A DNA stretch of 64,000 nt from an uncultured SAR92 cluster bacterium (GTDB lineage Bacteria; Pseudomonadota; Gammaproteobacteria; Pseudomonadales; Porticoccaceae). Each line of letters begins with the position of its first letter. Position 1 is the first letter of the stretch. The stretch covers positions 5,962 through 69,961 of the forward strand of contig CACJVE010000006.1 of NCBI GenBank assembly GCA_902596775.1, written 5' to 3'. Both the position numbers and the translations under genes were made by a program. The notes beneath the pieces are model-generated. The model made no database searches. It was not told where the DNA came from and saw only the letters and a program-made list of their open reading frames with translations. This document shows, one piece after another, positions 63,515 to 64,000 of the stretch.

Positions 63515-64000
63515 ATGGCAGATAGTAAAAATGTACTTACCCCAGAAGAATTAGAGGCTTTGTCATCTGGAATTGAGGATGGTTCTATAGAATCAGATAC
63601 TGGTATTAATCCAGACATTGAGGCTATAAAACACGATTTGACGAATGAAGATTCGTCGATTGGGATGAACTTAACCGCTGTTAATCTAATCAATGAGCGT
63701 TTTATAAGATATTTGAAAACTGGCATTCTTGACGTTCTGCGTGCTAGCGCTAAAGTCACCGCCGAGGGTGTTGCAGTCATGAAATATGAAGAATATATTT
63801 CAGGCCTTCAAGCCCCCATAGCTTTAAATACTGTCAAGGTAACTCCTTTGACAGGCAAATCGCTGGTGGTAATAGATCCATCAATTATATTTACCGCATT
63901 AGATAACTTTTTTGGCGGGCCAGGCAAGAGTATGAGTGATCTTGTCCCTACTCGTCCTTTCACGCCTACAGAAGTAAGTATAAATAAAATAATGTTAGAT
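63515..64000 (+). CDS. fliM: Flagellar motor switch protein FliM (N-terminal 162 codons; continues past the window end)
   Basis: Not in the ORF track because there is no stop. Manual translation gives MADSKNVLTPEELEALSSGIEDG...INERFIRYLKTGILDVLRA...LTGKSLVVIDPSIIFTALDNFFGG...RPFTPTEVSINKIM. It has the typical FliM N-terminal CheY-P-binding-type peptide and middle-domain start. Confidence 0.8.
   Translation, partial: MADSKNVLTPEELEALSSGIEDGSIESDTGINPDIEAIKHDLTNEDSSIGMNLTAVNLINERFIRYLKTGILDVLRASAKVTAEGVAVMKYEEYISGLQAPIALNTVKVTPLTGKSLVVIDPSIIFTALDNFFGGPGKSMSDLVPTRPFTPTEVSINKIMLD

Overview
Low-GC chromosomal window that looks gammaproteobacterial (marine-type) and spans the replication-origin neighbourhood. 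No rRNA, tRNA, CRISPR, IS, integrase or phage genes were seen.

Three blocks:
- (1) 1-16.6 kb, accessory metabolism. It contains a LysR regulator and a TonB-dependent receptor. Next comes a compact minus-strand operon of a DhlA-like haloalkane dehalogenase, a classical SDR, and an SDR-derived protein carrying both halohydrin-dehalogenase fingerprints. The rest is a DUF3604 lipoprotein, a HupE/UreJ-like membrane protein, an esterase, a thioesterase, DUF1330, an MFS transporter, a nitroreductase and a large acyl-CoA dehydrogenase.
- (2) 16.9-48.5 kb, highly conserved core. On the minus strand: glmS-glmU, atpCDGAHFEBI, parB-parA-rsmG-mnmG. Then on the plus strand: rpmH-rnpA-yidD-yidC-mnmE and dnaA-dnaN-recF-gyrB. 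Then glyS/glyQ, an LpxL-type acyltransferase, ubiC-ubiA and yaaA.
- (3) 48.7-64 kb, polar-flagellum genes. One MotA/PomA followed by two tandem PomB-like genes, then fliS and a Sel1-repeat (MotX-like) gene, then two tandem sigma-54 activators, then fliEFGHIJ, fliK and the start of fliM.

Most interesting observations:
- The apparently native haloalkane-dehalogenase/halohydrin-dehalogenase operon.
- The one-A/two-B stator locus.
- A receiver-less sigma-54 activator upstream of a FleQ-like gene that has its own textbook sigma-54 promoter and a FleQ-box-like palindrome.
- An origin region in which the rpmH-mnmE block is co-oriented with dnaA, leaving two DnaA-box-bearing AT-rich spacers.
- A near-perfect parS site inside recF.
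- A roughly 63-aa insertion with two hydrophobic segments in ATP synthase subunit a.

All homology statements come from reading the translations and from remembered family motifs. No database search was run.
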